A DNA stretch of 64,000 nucleotides, taken from sequence record NZ_CP027239.1. One strand, written 5' to 3'. Of this stretch, positions 1-9,676 are shown piece after piece. The notes beneath the pieces are model-generated. The model saw nothing but the letters and a program-made list of their open reading frames with translations. It was not told the DNA's origin and made no database searches. Both the position numbers and the translations under genes were made by a program. Source of the DNA: a plasmid. Numbering within the stretch: position 1 is the first letter of the stretch; every line of letters begins with the position of its first letter.

Positions 1-1248
1 CGCCCACGTTGGCGCGACACCATCGACGCGCTGGCGGCCACCAAACTGTGGCTGCCAGCGGACTACGGCGGGCCGCGCGTCCTCTCGGAGTACGTGATGG
101 CTCGGCTTGCTCTGCGCACCCTCGAGCAGTTCTGCCGCACCACTGACGAGGGGATCGGCCCGCACCACGTGCCGGAGCAGACGGGCGTGGAGGGGCCGGC
201 GCGGGAGCTCATGGTCGACCAGGTGCTTCCCCTGGCGCGGAGGGCATGGCGGTTGGCGCTGAACCCGCACCGATTCGAGGTGCAGTTCCAGCATGACCAC
301 TACCTCAAGCTGTGGGCCGATACCGGACCGAAGGTCGGGAGGGAAGACGACTACATCGTGGTCGACGAGGCTCAGGACCTGAACCCGATCCTGCGCGAGA
401 TCGTGCTGTCGCAAACCCACCTGCAGCGGGTCATGGTCGGAGATAGCGCCCAAGCGATCTACGGCTTCACCGGCGCCAAAGACGCCCTGCACGACGTGCC
501 TGATGCGGTCGAGCGGGCTCTGACCCAGTCCTGGAGGTTCGGCGACACCATCGCCGAGGCCGCGAACCTGTATCTCGAGCAGCTCGGAGTGGCGATGCGG
601 GTACGGGGCAACCCCGGCAAGCATTCACGGCTGACCGCTGGGGATCGGCCGGTCGACGCCGTGCTGTGCCGCACCAACGCTGACGCGATCGGCGAAGTGA
701 TCGCTGCGCAGAAGGCCGGCAAGGCCACTGCCCTCGAGGGGGACCGGGCGGCGGCGCTGCGGTTCTGCGACTCCGCGGAACAGCTGCAGGCCGGTATCTC
801 GCCGAGGGATCCGTCGCTGGCGGCGTTCTCGAGCTGGCTGGACCTGGTGGAGTACGTGGAGAACAGTCCCGGCGTTTCGGAGATCAAGACGCTGGTGGAG
901 CTGGTCGACGACCACGGCCTGGACGTGGTGCGCGATGCGATGGAGAACCTGGTCCCCAGATCACGTGCGGCGCTAATTTCAGGTACTGCACACAAGGCCA
1001 AGGGGCTGGAGTTCTCGCGGGTGCGCATCAACGGGAACTGGCAGATCGACGAGCCCAGGCCCGACGTCAGCGAAGAGGCACGCAACGCCGAGCTGATGCT
1101 CGCCTACGTCGCGCTGACCCGCGCCATGGACGAACTCGACCCCGGGCAACTGCTCACCGACATCGAGCGGTCCCGCATCCAGCCCGACCTTCCCGGCACG
1201 CCCACCGCCACCGACGGGGGCCTGTTCACGCTTCCCCTCACCGGCTGA
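1..1248 (+). CDS. UvrD/Rep-family DNA helicase, C-terminal part (5' end lies outside the window)
   Basis: Open frame runs from nt 1 with no stop. Motifs VVDEAQDLNP (III), GDSAQAIYGFTGA (IV) and LAYVALTRAMDEL (VI) of superfamily-1 UvrD helicases are present. Confidence 0.75.
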   Translation, partial: RPRWRDTIDALAATKLWLPADYGGPRVLSEYVMARLALRTLEQFCRTTDEGIGPHHVPEQTGVEGPARELMVDQVLPLARRAWRLALNPHRFEVQFQHDHYLKLWADTGPKVGREDDYIVVDEAQDLNPILREIVLSQTHLQRVMVGDSAQAIYGFTGAKDALHDVPDAVERALTQSWRFGDTIAEAANLYLEQLGVAMRVRGNPGKHSRLTAGDRPVDAVLCRTNADAIGEVIAAQKAGKATALEGDRAAALRFCDSAEQLQAGISPRDPSLAAFSSWLDLVEYVENSPGVSEIKTLVELVDDHGLDVVRDAMENLVPRSRAALISGTAHKAKGLEFSRVRINGNWQIDEPRPDVSEEARNAELMLAYVALTRAMDELDPGQLLTDIERSRIQPDLPGTPTATDGGLFTLPLTG

Positions 1249-1587
1249 GCAGACAGACTCACGCCGGCCAGTGGTAGGCGCGAAGCGTCCTGGGGGACGC
1301 AGTCTTGTCCGGCCATCGCCCGAGAACTGGTTGAGCCGGCCTGAGAGCCCCACAGCTTCGCCGTCAGGCGGTGAGGGGCCGGCGGCACGGGCCGCTGTTA
1401 GCGTGCGGAGCACGGGCGGCCGGATGTGCGCCCGTCGCTGATGCACTTTCTGGGCTCCCGCGCAGCCCACCGTGCGCCGGAGGCCAAGGTCCCTGAGGAT
1501 CACATCCGCACCCCGTCTGGACACGGCTGGCACTTGCCGTGGTGCGCGGGCCCACACGCCAGCCCATCGCCGACGAGGAGTCACCTC

Positions 1588-2682
1588 ATGGTCAAGAACA
1601 GCCGCCGTAAGAAGCGGATCCGAGCAGCAGCCGCCGAAGCGGGCAGCAACTACACCTCCGCCCTACGCAAGGATTTAACAGCTCAGCAGGCTCCCGAACT
1701 GCCGTCCGAATACTGGTTCCCCAATCACGGGACCCCGGAGTTCGACGAAGCGATCAAGCTCGCCCGCCAGGGCATCCTCCGGTTCGGGCCCCAGGAGGGT
1801 GGGGGGTGGCTGGATTGGAACCTCAACGAGACCCCCCACGGCCTGTTCGGTGGCAAAACCGGCTCCGGGAAGTCGGTGGCCCTGTTGATCGTGCTGTTCT
1901 ACGCGATGTACTTGCCTGAACAGGTGGAGGTGATCGTGTGCGACCCCAAGGGGACCGAGTTTTCCTGGGCCACCGAGTTCCCTTCGGTGATCCGCTACGC
2001 CCACTCCGATGAGGACATCTGTGACGCCCTTGAGCTCGCAGGCGAGCGACTCGACACGGTTACCAGGCTTCTCAATCGCACCGGGGTTCGCAAGCTGTCG
2101 TGGCTGCGTGAGGAGTACGCCCATAATCCGGAGTTGGAAGCCCAATTCGGTCCCGCCCCCAAGCGGCTCATCGTCGTCTTCGATGAGATCGCAGAGTTCT
2201 TGGTCCGCGCCGCGGACGATTCGCTCGAGGAGCGTAAGGGTGAGGCGCGGATGCGGCTGGAGCGCATCGGCCGACTCGGTCGAGCTCCCGAGGTCAATAT
2301 CGTGTGCACCGCGCAGAAACCGGACTCCGAAGTCATGTCTATTCAGTTGCTCAGCCAACTGCCGTTCCGTCTCGGTTTCGGCCCCCTGGGCGAGGACGAA
2401 TCGCGGGTAATCCTCTACTCCGGCCACGGCGCCCGCCTCCCAGCGGCCGACATCCCCGATGGTCGTGCGTGGGCCTATGAGCCGATGCACGGGCACCGGC
2501 AGGTGCAGGTGATGTTCCTGCCCGCCGGCCCGCTGCCCCGCCCCTGGGACCTGGACCGGGACGTGCCGGGCGCGCGCGAGCTGATCCGTGACCGACTGGC
2601 CCAGCTGGGTTACCGGCAGGTGACGGGGGCAAAAGGTAACGGCGGGGGACCTCGGTGGGTTCGGCCTACCTCAGCTGCTTGA
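1588..2682 (+). CDS. FtsK/SpoIIIE-family DNA translocase motor-domain protein with no membrane anchor; paralog of the TraB-like protein at 36980-39796
   Basis: Walker A GGKTGSGKSVAL and Walker B VVFDEIAEF. Long collinear similarity to the C-terminal 370 aa of the 950-aa FtsK-like protein on the minus strand. Start chosen at ATG 1588 after GAGGAG; upstream starts at 1426 or 1441 are possible. Confidence 0.7.
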   Translation: MVKNSRRKKRIRAAAAEAGSNYTSALRKDLTAQQAPELPSEYWFPNHGTPEFDEAIKLARQGILRFGPQEGGGWLDWNLNETPHGLFGGKTGSGKSVALLIVLFYAMYLPEQVEVIVCDPKGTEFSWATEFPSVIRYAHSDEDICDALELAGERLDTVTRLLNRTGVRKLSWLREEYAHNPELEAQFGPAPKRLIVVFDEIAEFLVRAADDSLEERKGEARMRLERIGRLGRAPEVNIVCTAQKPDSEVMSIQLLSQLPFRLGFGPLGEDESRVILYSGHGARLPAADIPDGRAWAYEPMHGHRQVQVMFLPAGPLPRPWDLDRDVPGARELIRDRLAQLGYRQVTGAKGNGGGPRWVRPTSAA

Positions 2683-2700
2683 CGGTCAGAAACGGCCGGC

Positions 2701-2727
2701 GGCCCCGGACCAACATGGTCCGGGGCC
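2701..2727. terminator. Hairpin between convergent genes (GGCCCCGGACC-aacatg-GGTCCGGGGCC)
   Basis: Perfect 11-bp inverted repeat immediately after the stop of the FtsK-like gene and before the 3' end of the glutaredoxin-like gene. Confidence 0.5.
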
Positions 2728-2761
2728 GCTCGGTGTTCCGCACGGCAGGGGTGGGTTCTGT

Positions 2762-3040
2762 TCAGGCCGCCGTCTGAGCGAGCTGGCTCTGCCAGTCCAG
2801 CAAGCGGGACTTGTCGTAGGAGCCGCAGTGGTCCAGGACAGTGGCGGTCGCGATGTCGTCGCCATCGAGGAGGACGAAGGCGGGTGCCTGCAGGCGGCCG
2901 AGCTGGTTGACCATCAGGTCGCGCATCGCCTCGTCTACGGTGACGTCGATGGCCTCGTAGGTGATGCCACGCTTGTCGAGCTGCTTCATCACGTGCGGGC
3001 AGACCGAGCAGGTGGCGGTGGTTGCCATGATGATTCGCAT
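2762..3040 (-). CDS. Glutaredoxin/NrdH-like small redoxin (thioredoxin fold, CxxC)
   Basis: The 92-aa protein has CSVCP near its N-terminus and a layout typical of NrdH/glutaredoxin-like proteins. Strong RBS AAGGAGAAG precedes ATG 3040. Confidence 0.65.
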   Translation of the reverse strand: MRIIMATTATCSVCPHVMKQLDKRGITYEAIDVTVDEAMRDLMVNQLGRLQAPAFVLLDGDDIATATVLDHCGSYDKSRLLDWQSQLAQTAA

Positions 3041-3064
3041 GGTGCTTCTCCTTGCCGTTCCGGG

Positions 3065-3082
3065 GCAGTGCCGATTCCGATA
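3065..3082 (-). promoter_or_regulatory. Motif-1 copy (TATCGGAATCGGCACTGC), 38 nt upstream of the glutaredoxin-like start
   Basis: Shares ATCGGAATC..CTGC with five other intergenic copies. Confidence 0.5.
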
Positions 3083-3170
3083 CGAGGGACGCTATCCCAC
3101 TATTTCCCCTGCGTATAGGGGGTTTTGCCGCTCAAGGGTTGGCTTTAACCCGTTGGGGTAACCCTTACGC

Positions 3171-3422
3171 TCAGGGGGTTTGGCGGGTGGTGTCGGCGCT
3201 GGTGGCGGCGCGGATTATCTGCTGTCGGTGCCGGTACCCGCGGTGCCACATTTCGGCGAGAAAGATTTCTCGCTCGCTGGTGCCGCGGTACGGGCACACC
3301 ACCGGCGGCAGGTTGTCGTTGACCGCTTGGGCTCCTTCGTTCTGGGCCGCCAGGATCTCCCGCAGGGTGGCCGGATAGTGGCGCGACTGGAAGGTGCGCC
3401 CTTCGGGCTTAGGCGACGACAT
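3171..3422 (-). CDS. Small hypothetical protein (83 aa), possibly translationally coupled to the upstream gene
   Basis: The C-terminal half of ORF 3171..3668 reads as protein-like sequence (..VVCPYRGTSEREIFLAEMWHRGY..). ATG at 3422 is preceded by AGGA and overlaps the 3' end of gene 3409..4449 by 14 nt. Confidence 0.35.
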   Translation of the reverse strand: MSSPKPEGRTFQSRHYPATLREILAAQNEGAQAVNDNLPPVVCPYRGTSEREIFLAEMWHRGYRHRQQIIRAATSADTTRQTP

Positions 3423-4449
3423 CTCGGTCCTGGAATCGCAGCTGGTTGCTGGGGGAGTCCGCGGACTGCTTGTGCTCGGACAGCCACCGCGAGTAGGACA
3501 TCGCGCCGCCCTGTCCGGCGAGGAAGGAGCGGAGTTCCTCGGAGGCGTAATTGCGCAGAAGGATGACGTTGCCGCGCAGGATGTCGTTGGGGTCCACGCC
3601 CCGCGCTTCGCCCTTGCGGTTGAGGAGTTTTCCGCGGCAGGCGTTCTCGGCTTGGACGTGCAGGTCATCCAGGAACTCGCTGTACTCCTGGCGGAGCTCG
3701 ACCTCGAGGTTGCTGACGGTCCCGCGGGCTTTGATCTCGTCGAGACTGGTGCGGTGGGCCGGGTTGGTGATCAGGCTTTCCTCCAATGCCGCGTACTTGC
3801 GCCACGAGAGGGTCTGCCAGCCCTCCGCCAGCCGTTGTTGGTCGGTGGCCGATAGCTCAGGCGCGTCGTCGGCGGCGGTGTCGTCTGCCTGTGCGGCGAA
3901 GGGGTCGGCGCCGGTCATGGCTGCCGGGTTGACGCCCTCGCGGCGCCACTGATCCTCGATGCGTGCACGCAGCTCCGGGTGGTTCTCGGTGCGCACCCAG
4001 GCGGTGTAGCGGTCGAAGTCGTCCATGTCGGCGATCGCCTCGACGCTGAGGGTGGCGTGGAGCTGCTGGTCCTCGTCGTCTCGGCGCAGCATCTCGGCCA
4101 CGACCCTGTCCGCCGCGACGGGATCGTCGTTGAGTCCGGCGAGCTCGACTCCAAGCTGGTCGGTGCTCATCTCGCGGAGTCGCTCCGCGGTGTACTCGTC
4201 CGCGCGCGTGGGTGGGATCGCGGCGCGGAGAGCGTCGGCGATGCGGCCTTCCCTTTCGCCGAGGGAATCTATGGCCGCCACGAACCGGCTTAGCGCCTTG
4301 TCGGCGGCCTCCTGGTCACCGGCTGCGAGCGCGGCCTGATGGCGCTTATCCCAGCGTGCGACGAGTTGGGACGCTACGGCGATCGCTTTGCGGGCGGGAT
4401 CTAGTTGGCTGGGGCATCGGCGCCCGCCGTCGTCGTGACATCGACACAT
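3409..4449 (-). CDS. Hypothetical protein (346 aa) with N-terminal Cys cluster CRCHDDGGRRCP
   Basis: Longest ORF in the region with balanced, protein-like composition. Overlapping plus-strand ORFs are Arg/Gly-rich shadows. Confidence 0.55.
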   Translation of the reverse strand: MCRCHDDGGRRCPSQLDPARKAIAVASQLVARWDKRHQAALAAGDQEAADKALSRFVAAIDSLGEREGRIADALRAAIPPTRADEYTAERLREMSTDQLGVELAGLNDDPVAADRVVAEMLRRDDEDQQLHATLSVEAIADMDDFDRYTAWVRTENHPELRARIEDQWRREGVNPAAMTGADPFAAQADDTAADDAPELSATDQQRLAEGWQTLSWRKYAALEESLITNPAHRTSLDEIKARGTVSNLEVELRQEYSEFLDDLHVQAENACRGKLLNRKGEARGVDPNDILRGNVILLRNYASEELRSFLAGQGGAMSYSRWLSEHKQSADSPSNQLRFQDRDVVA

Positions 4450-4596
4450 CGCGCTGTCCTCTCCTGCTTTTTGCTCCCGATAGCGGCCGAGGCTACCTGC
4501 AGCATTTGCCGGGGCCAGCCGTCGAGGATGTGCGGCTCGCTGCCGGCGGCTGCGCTGGTAGAGCGGTGTGCCGGACCGCTGCGGTCGGACACATCA

Positions 4597-4612
4597 CGGC
4601 GGCATGACCCGC
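4597..4612 (+). promoter_or_regulatory. Motif-2 copy (CGGCGGCATGACCCGC) upstream of mihF
   Basis: Core GGCATGACC recurs in eight intergenic regions. Confidence 0.45.
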
Positions 4613-4668
4613 TGCCACAATGGCGCCACTGCGGTGACCAGCACCGCCAGACTCGATGGAGGATCCCG

Positions 4669-5007
4669 ATGTCTCTTCCCACTCTCACTCCAGAGCAGCG
4701 CGCCCAGGCACTCGAGAAGGCGGCCCAGGCGCGTCAACTGCGCGCGAAGCTCAAGGAGGACATCGCTGCCGGCAAGGTCACCCTGCCCGCGCTGATGGAC
4801 GACGAGTTCGGCCCCTACGCCGACACCCCGGAGATCGTGAACAAGACGAAGGTGGTGCAGTTGCTGCAGGCAGTGAAGGGCATCGGAACGGTCAAGGCCG
4901 AAACGCTCATGGCCCAGTGCAACATCGCCGAGAACCGTCGCCTGGGTGGCCTGGGCCGGGACCAGCGGCGTCGCCTCACGCAGGCCCTGGCGGAAGTGAC
5001 CGGGTGA
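4669..5007 (+). CDS. mihF: Integration host factor-like protein (mIHF/sIHF family)
   Basis: 112-aa protein MSLPTLTPEQRAQALEKAAQARQLRAKLKE..GIGTVKAETLMAQCNIAENRRLGGLGRDQRRRL closely matches the actinobacterial mIHF pattern. GGAGGA lies 6 nt before ATG 4669. The longer ORF from 4405 is a spurious extension. Confidence 0.8.
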   Translation: MSLPTLTPEQRAQALEKAAQARQLRAKLKEDIAAGKVTLPALMDDEFGPYADTPEIVNKTKVVQLLQAVKGIGTVKAETLMAQCNIAENRRLGGLGRDQRRRLTQALAEVTG

Positions 5008-5040
5008 GCTCGACCTGCTGAGCCTTCCTCGCCAGAGCTC

Positions 5041-5076
5041 GTTCCCCGCAGTCAGGCCTTTCCCGGCTGCGGGGAA
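5041..5076. terminator. Hairpin after mihF (GTTCCCCGCAG ... CTGCGGGGAAC)
   Basis: 11-bp perfect inverted repeat with a 14-nt loop, 34 nt downstream of the stop codon. Confidence 0.5.
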
Positions 5077-5178
5077 CGTTCGTTCAGGGGCGGGGCCTGA
5101 GCGGGGTGCTGCTGCACCTGCAGGGAGGTGACGAATCGTCGGTGTTGCCCGCACGCCCACCCTGAGAGGACCCCCGCT

Positions 5179-5928
5179 ATGACTGCAGCTCCAGCACAGG
5201 ACACCGACCGCCGGATCACCGTGTACGTCGTGACGTTCCCCCCAGCCGATGACCAGGGCGGGTTCGGTGGGTTCTTCTGGGACCGAAGCCTGACCGCCAT
5301 GCAGGCCGTCTACGAGGAAGAGTTCCAGCGTTCGGCCGCCGACCCCAACCCGCGCCTCGTGCGGCTCGTGCCGGTGACCGTCACCGACGGTGACGCCAAC
5401 CAGATCACCGAGGAACTCGACGCCCGCGCCGATGAGCTCGAGTCGCAGGCCGCCGCCCTGCGCCAGTTCGTGCCGCGGAACACGATCCGCGCCCACGTGC
5501 CCACCGGGGGGCTGGTGCGCCGCGACCCACACCTGGCGGCGCGCACCGCGGCGATCGACTACGCGGTGATGGACGTGCAGGGCGGGGTGATCAAGCGTGG
5601 TTGGTACCCGAACCTGGCGGGCCTGCTCGAGAGCGTGCAGCAGGTCGGCAACTGGGCGTCACTGAACGGCCTGTTCGCCACGGTCGCCGAGCACCGGGCC
5701 CGTCTTCATGACGCTCCGGCAGAGCTGAGCGACTTCGAGGCTGCCTGCGCTGATTGCGACGACCTGCCCGGTCGACCGTTGACCGATGACCTGCTGGTGT
5801 GGTGGGACGTAGACAGCGACACGGTCGTCGGCGACCCCGCCGTCTTGGCGGCTGAGCTGGTGAACGCGCTGGAGCCGCAGTTCCACGGTCTCACCCTGAC
5901 CATCGCCGGCGTTAGCCACGTGTTCTAG
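5179..5928 (+). CDS. Hypothetical protein (249 aa)
   Basis: ATG 5179 is preceded by GAGAGGA. Protein-like composition. No recognised domain. Confidence 0.55.
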   Translation: MTAAPAQDTDRRITVYVVTFPPADDQGGFGGFFWDRSLTAMQAVYEEEFQRSAADPNPRLVRLVPVTVTDGDANQITEELDARADELESQAAALRQFVPRNTIRAHVPTGGLVRRDPHLAARTAAIDYAVMDVQGGVIKRGWYPNLAGLLESVQQVGNWASLNGLFATVAEHRARLHDAPAELSDFEAACADCDDLPGRPLTDDLLVWWDVDSDTVVGDPAVLAAELVNALEPQFHGLTLTIAGVSHVF

Positions 5929-5941
5929 CTGCCGCGACATT

Positions 5942-5980
5942 CGCCCCTCCCGCGCCCCGGCGGGAGGGGCGTTTCTCGTT
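5942..5980. terminator. Intrinsic terminator (CGCCCCTCCCGC-gccccg-GCGGGAGGGGCG followed by TTTCTCGTT)
   Basis: 12-bp perfect GC-rich stem followed by a T-rich tract, directly after the stop codon at 5928. Confidence 0.65.
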
Positions 5981-6140
5981 CTGGTGCCGCTCGACTGGCG
6001 CAACCCCCTTGCTTCGCCACTGGCCAGAGCGGGGACTGGACGCTACGTGTGCGGCAGGCCGCACACGTGCCGAGGTCATCGGGCCGCTAATGTGACGGCA
6101 GCGTGACGCACTCTTGGAGCCAGGGGAAGGGGGAGGCGCC

Positions 6141-6875
6141 ATGGCGACCATGCCTGCCTCAAACGCAGACACTCCCTGGAAGGAACCCCTCCACGATCCG
6201 GGACCCGTGGTCGTGTTCGACATAGACGGCGTCCTGGCCGACATGCGGCCATTCCAGTACCTGATCGAAGCAGAGACCAGCCGACAGAAGCAGTGGAAGG
6301 AGTTCCACCGCAAGTTCGAGAAGGCCGCCCCGATCAAGGCAGGCCTGATAACCGCCAAACGCATCTACAACGAGCTCGACATCGACCTGGCCTATTCGAC
6401 AACGCGCCCTGAGCAGCATGCGCGGCGAACACTGCGCTGGTTCGAGCACCACAATCTGCCCATGGGGCCAATCCAGTTCCGGCACTTCGTGCGGGATGGG
6501 CCGCGGCCGGCGATCGAAGTGAAGCTGCGGCACTGGTGGTACTGGCAGGACCGCTGGGCCGAGCAGAATCCGGTGCTGGCGTGGATCGAGGACGACCCGG
6601 CCTCCATGCACGGCCTGCGCGCACACGGCTGTCCGGCGTGGGGACCGAACGAACTAAAGGTCGCCAGCCGCAAGCACGGATCGCTGAAAGCTGCGCTGGA
6701 AGCGGGCCCTGTCGACTGGGCGGTGCTGGAGAAGGCGAAGAAGGACAGCTACAAGAAGTGGCGCGTCGCCGAAGACGAGTGGCAGGCCGTGCGCAAGCAG
6801 TGGTGGCAGGAAGAACGGCAACGGCAGAGGCAGCGGCGCTCTCGGGGCAACGCTCGCGGCCAGGGCGGGCGCTAG
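6141..6875 (+). CDS. HAD-superfamily phosphatase/hydrolase-like protein with basic, Trp-rich C-terminal tail
   Basis: VVVFDIDGVLAD matches HAD motif I (DxDG). GGGAAGGGGGAGG lies upstream of ATG 6141. Confidence 0.6.
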   Translation: MATMPASNADTPWKEPLHDPGPVVVFDIDGVLADMRPFQYLIEAETSRQKQWKEFHRKFEKAAPIKAGLITAKRIYNELDIDLAYSTTRPEQHARRTLRWFEHHNLPMGPIQFRHFVRDGPRPAIEVKLRHWWYWQDRWAEQNPVLAWIEDDPASMHGLRAHGCPAWGPNELKVASRKHGSLKAALEAGPVDWAVLEKAKKDSYKKWRVAEDEWQAVRKQWWQEERQRQRQRRSRGNARGQGGR

Positions 6876-6929
6876 GCTCCAGCCCGTACACACAAACCCA
6901 CCCCTGCCAGTTGGGAGCCCCCCTTTCCC

Positions 6930-8744
6930 GTGACTGACACCTTCACGGGGCGGCCACGCGCAGCACGTCTACCAGAGGCGTTCTTGGCCGCTCTTCGCGA
7001 GCGGATTGATCTGGCCGAGGTCGCCTCCGACTACGTCGACCTCAAGCCGGCTGGTGCAGCCCGGCTCAAAGGTCTGTGCCCGGTGCACGCCGAGAACACC
7101 CCGTCGTTCGTGGTGTCGACGGACTCTCACCGCTACCACTGCTTCGGTTGCGGCGCCGACGGTGACGCGATCGGCTTACTCACCGATGTCGGTGGCCTGA
7201 CCTTCCGAGAAGCGGTCGAAACGCTGGCGAGCAGGGTCGGATTGGCGATGCCCGAAGCCGGAGAACGGGCCGACGTCCCGGACTCAAAGACCGCGTTGCG
7301 GGACGTTCTCGCTCGCTGCCAGCCGCTACTGCACTCTTGGCTGCTGGACTCGCCGGGCGGCGCAGGTGCACGACGGTTCCTGACCGACCGTGGTTTCGGC
7401 GCCGAGCACGCCTCCCTGTGGGGGCTGGGTTTCAACCCAGGTGGCGGCATGCTTCACCAGGCGCTGGGGGAGGCTGACCAGCAGGCCCTGGCTGATGCCG
7501 GAATGTCCGCGCGCAGTGAACGGGGCCGGGTCTACGACGTGTTCCACGACCGTCTGGTGTGGCCCTTGCGCGATGCGCAGGGACGCATTGTCGGCTACGC
7601 CGGCCGGGACCTTGACGGCTCCTCGAGGGCGAAATACCTCAATACCCGCGATACGGCGCTCTACACCAAGCACGAGGTGCTTTTCGGGCTGCACTTGGCG
7701 CGACGACACATGCTGCAACGCAAGCAGGTGATCCTGGTGGAGGGCTACACCGACGTGATGGCGATGGTCGATGCGGGCCTGGAGAACACGTGTGCTCCGT
7801 GCGGCACCGCGGTGACCGAATCGCACGCAGATCTGATCGCGGCCCGCATCGGCGACGGTGGGGAAGTGGTGACCGGGTTCGACAACGACGACGCCGGGCG
7901 TGCCGCAGCCTGGCGCACCTTCTTGGCGGTGCAGCGGTTCACCAGTTCGGTCACGTGCCTGGATCTGAGCGCGCTACCTGGCAAGGCGGATCCGTGCGAC
8001 GTTCGCGCCGAAAGCGGGAACCAGGCGCTGGTACAGCTGGTGGAGGGCAGGCAGCCCCTCCTGCGGACGTTGCTGCGTAGCGACATTGCCCGCCACGACC
8101 TTGGCGAGCCTGAGCAGAAGGCCGCGGCCCGCGATGCGGTCGCCAAACGTCTGGCTGAGGTCACCGACCCGGTACTGGTGCGTGAATACACCAGGCTGGC
8201 AGCCCAATGGATCGGCATCGAGGTGTCCGATCTGCCTTCGCGTGGCGGTCACACCGTTGGGTCACGGCGCGCGGTGTCGGCTGCTCCCGCCGCACCGGTG
8301 GCCGGTCCCAGCGAGGCCGAGTTGGCGGTGGCGGCGTTCCTGATCGCTAACCCCGATCAGATCGACGACGCCTGTTGGTACGGCAATGGCTCACTCGCCG
8401 GACTGCTGGGGGCGCAGATGGCTGAACTCGTCGAGGCATCGGCAGCGATGTTCCCGGCCGGTCGTCCGGCTGCCGGCAGCGAGGCGGCGCCGGTGTGGAA
8501 CGACGCGTTGCGGGAGGTGCTGGACGATGCGGCGCACCCGTTGATCACTCCCGTGTGGCTGACTGACCCGCCTCCGCCTGCGGATATGTCGGCACTGCTG
8601 CGGCGCACCGCCAAGGCCCGTTGCTGGGCGCGGCTGCAAGCCGTGCAGGAACGTATCGACAACGCGGTCGGGCAGGACTGGAAGTCGTTGATGGACGAGT
8701 ACGAGGCCCTCCGTGCGCAGTGGCGGGAGCTGCAGGCGTTGTAA
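6930..8744 (+). CDS. dnaG: DNA primase DnaG-like (CHC2 zinc finger plus Toprim)
   Basis: CPVHAENTPSFVVSTDSHRYHCFGCGADGD is a CHC2 zinc finger. VILVEGYTDVMAM and GFDNDDAGRAA are Toprim motifs. GTG start at 6930. Confidence 0.85.
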   Translation: MTDTFTGRPRAARLPEAFLAALRERIDLAEVASDYVDLKPAGAARLKGLCPVHAENTPSFVVSTDSHRYHCFGCGADGDAIGLLTDVGGLTFREAVETLASRVGLAMPEAGERADVPDSKTALRDVLARCQPLLHSWLLDSPGGAGARRFLTDRGFGAEHASLWGLGFNPGGGMLHQALGEADQQALADAGMSARSERGRVYDVFHDRLVWPLRDAQGRIVGYAGRDLDGSSRAKYLNTRDTALYTKHEVLFGLHLARRHMLQRKQVILVEGYTDVMAMVDAGLENTCAPCGTAVTESHADLIAARIGDGGEVVTGFDNDDAGRAAAWRTFLAVQRFTSSVTCLDLSALPGKADPCDVRAESGNQALVQLVEGRQPLLRTLLRSDIARHDLGEPEQKAAARDAVAKRLAEVTDPVLVREYTRLAAQWIGIEVSDLPSRGGHTVGSRRAVSAAPAAPVAGPSEAELAVAAFLIANPDQIDDACWYGNGSLAGLLGAQMAELVEASAAMFPAGRPAAGSEAAPVWNDALREVLDDAAHPLITPVWLTDPPPPADMSALLRRTAKARCWARLQAVQERIDNAVGQDWKSLMDEYEALRAQWRELQAL

Positions 8745-8825
8745 GCGCTGCTCGCGCGGGACGCCACAGTGTCGGACCCGGCTCCTACGGTGAGTCCACA
8801 CTCGCCAGCTGTCTAGGAGGACCCC

Positions 8826-9605
8826 ATGGCCGAAAGCGTTTTTGCCCGCCAGCCCAAGCCGCGGATGCGGCAGCAGCGCAACAACTCGGTGGCGTCGGCC
8901 CTGGACGGGCCTGCCGGCGGCATCGACGAGGCGCAGTTGTCGATCGTGCCCGATGCCGATGAGCCGACCTTCGACGATGTCGTCGACACCGCTGGCCCGG
9001 CCGCCGCGCTCGAGCAGGATCCCGCCCCGCAGGGCGACCCCGCTCCGGACGTCGAGCCTGCCGACCACCCGGACGAGCCCGCAGATTCAGCCTTGAGCGA
9101 CGGTGCTGCCGAGGCGCCGACGACGAAGGATGCGGGGACGACGAAGTCAAGAGCCAAGACCACCGACGCCGAGGACAGCGCCGTAGCCCCCGCGAACGGC
9201 CCTGAGACGGCCGAGCCCACCCCAGATGACACCCGGGCCCCGGACGCCGATGATGAGCCCGCACAGCAGGCCCCAGAGCCCGACACCGATTCCGCACCGG
9301 CTCCTGCTTCGGCCACGAAGACCGGCAAGACCGCTGCGTCCAAGGCCCGCACCTCCCACCGCACTGCCGAACCCGCTCCACCGGTCGGCAGTGGCGCCGC
9401 ACTGGCCGTGATCAACCCCGACGGGTCTGTCACCGTCGACGCTGGCATCCACCTCATCGACTTGCGCGAGGTAGCGGCCCAGGACGATCCGCACGCCCTG
9501 GTCGACATGCTCGGCGCCCTGCGCGCCGTTACCGACGGTGACCTGCGTCAGCACGTCACCGCGGAGATCAGCGCAGCGATCACGGCGGCTGCACTTCGGG
9601 CCTGA
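8826..9605 (+). CDS. Acidic low-complexity hypothetical protein (Asp/Glu/Pro/Ala-rich)
   Basis: RBS GGAGGA before ATG 8826. 259-aa ORF with a structured C-terminal about 80 aa. Confidence 0.55.
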   Translation: MAESVFARQPKPRMRQQRNNSVASALDGPAGGIDEAQLSIVPDADEPTFDDVVDTAGPAAALEQDPAPQGDPAPDVEPADHPDEPADSALSDGAAEAPTTKDAGTTKSRAKTTDAEDSAVAPANGPETAEPTPDDTRAPDADDEPAQQAPEPDTDSAPAPASATKTGKTAASKARTSHRTAEPAPPVGSGAALAVINPDGSVTVDAGIHLIDLREVAAQDDPHALVDMLGALRAVTDGDLRQHVTAEISAAITAAALRA

Positions 9606-9622
9606 CCTCCGGTACGAAAGAG

Positions 9623-9667
9623 CAGCGGCGGGGCCTCGAGTTGAGGCCCCGCCGCTGTCGTGTTTCC
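9623..9667. terminator. Bidirectional terminator hairpin (15-bp stem CAGCGGCGGGGCCTC / GAGGCCCCGCCGCTG) plus T-tract
   Basis: Perfect 15-bp inverted repeat with a 5-nt loop between convergent genes, followed by TCGTGTTTCC. Confidence 0.6.
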
Positions 9668-9676
9668 GCTACCGGC

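Noticed and set aside
459-1085. Long antisense or alternative-frame ORFs inside confident genes. Examples are 459..1085(-), 1675..2496(-), 15658..16476(-), 23236..24273(-), 37197..38957(-), 44160..44963(+) and 52181..52798(-).
   Set aside because: Arg/Pro/Gly/Ala-rich translations typical of frame shadows in about 70% GC DNA. Each overlaps a gene with clear conserved motifs on the other strand or frame.
4405-4668. 200-aa version of the mIHF ORF starting at 4405.
   Set aside because: The N-terminal 88 aa are not protein-like. GGAGGA followed by ATG at 4669 yields the canonical 112-aa mIHF. The extension covers the divergent promoter region containing a motif-2 copy.
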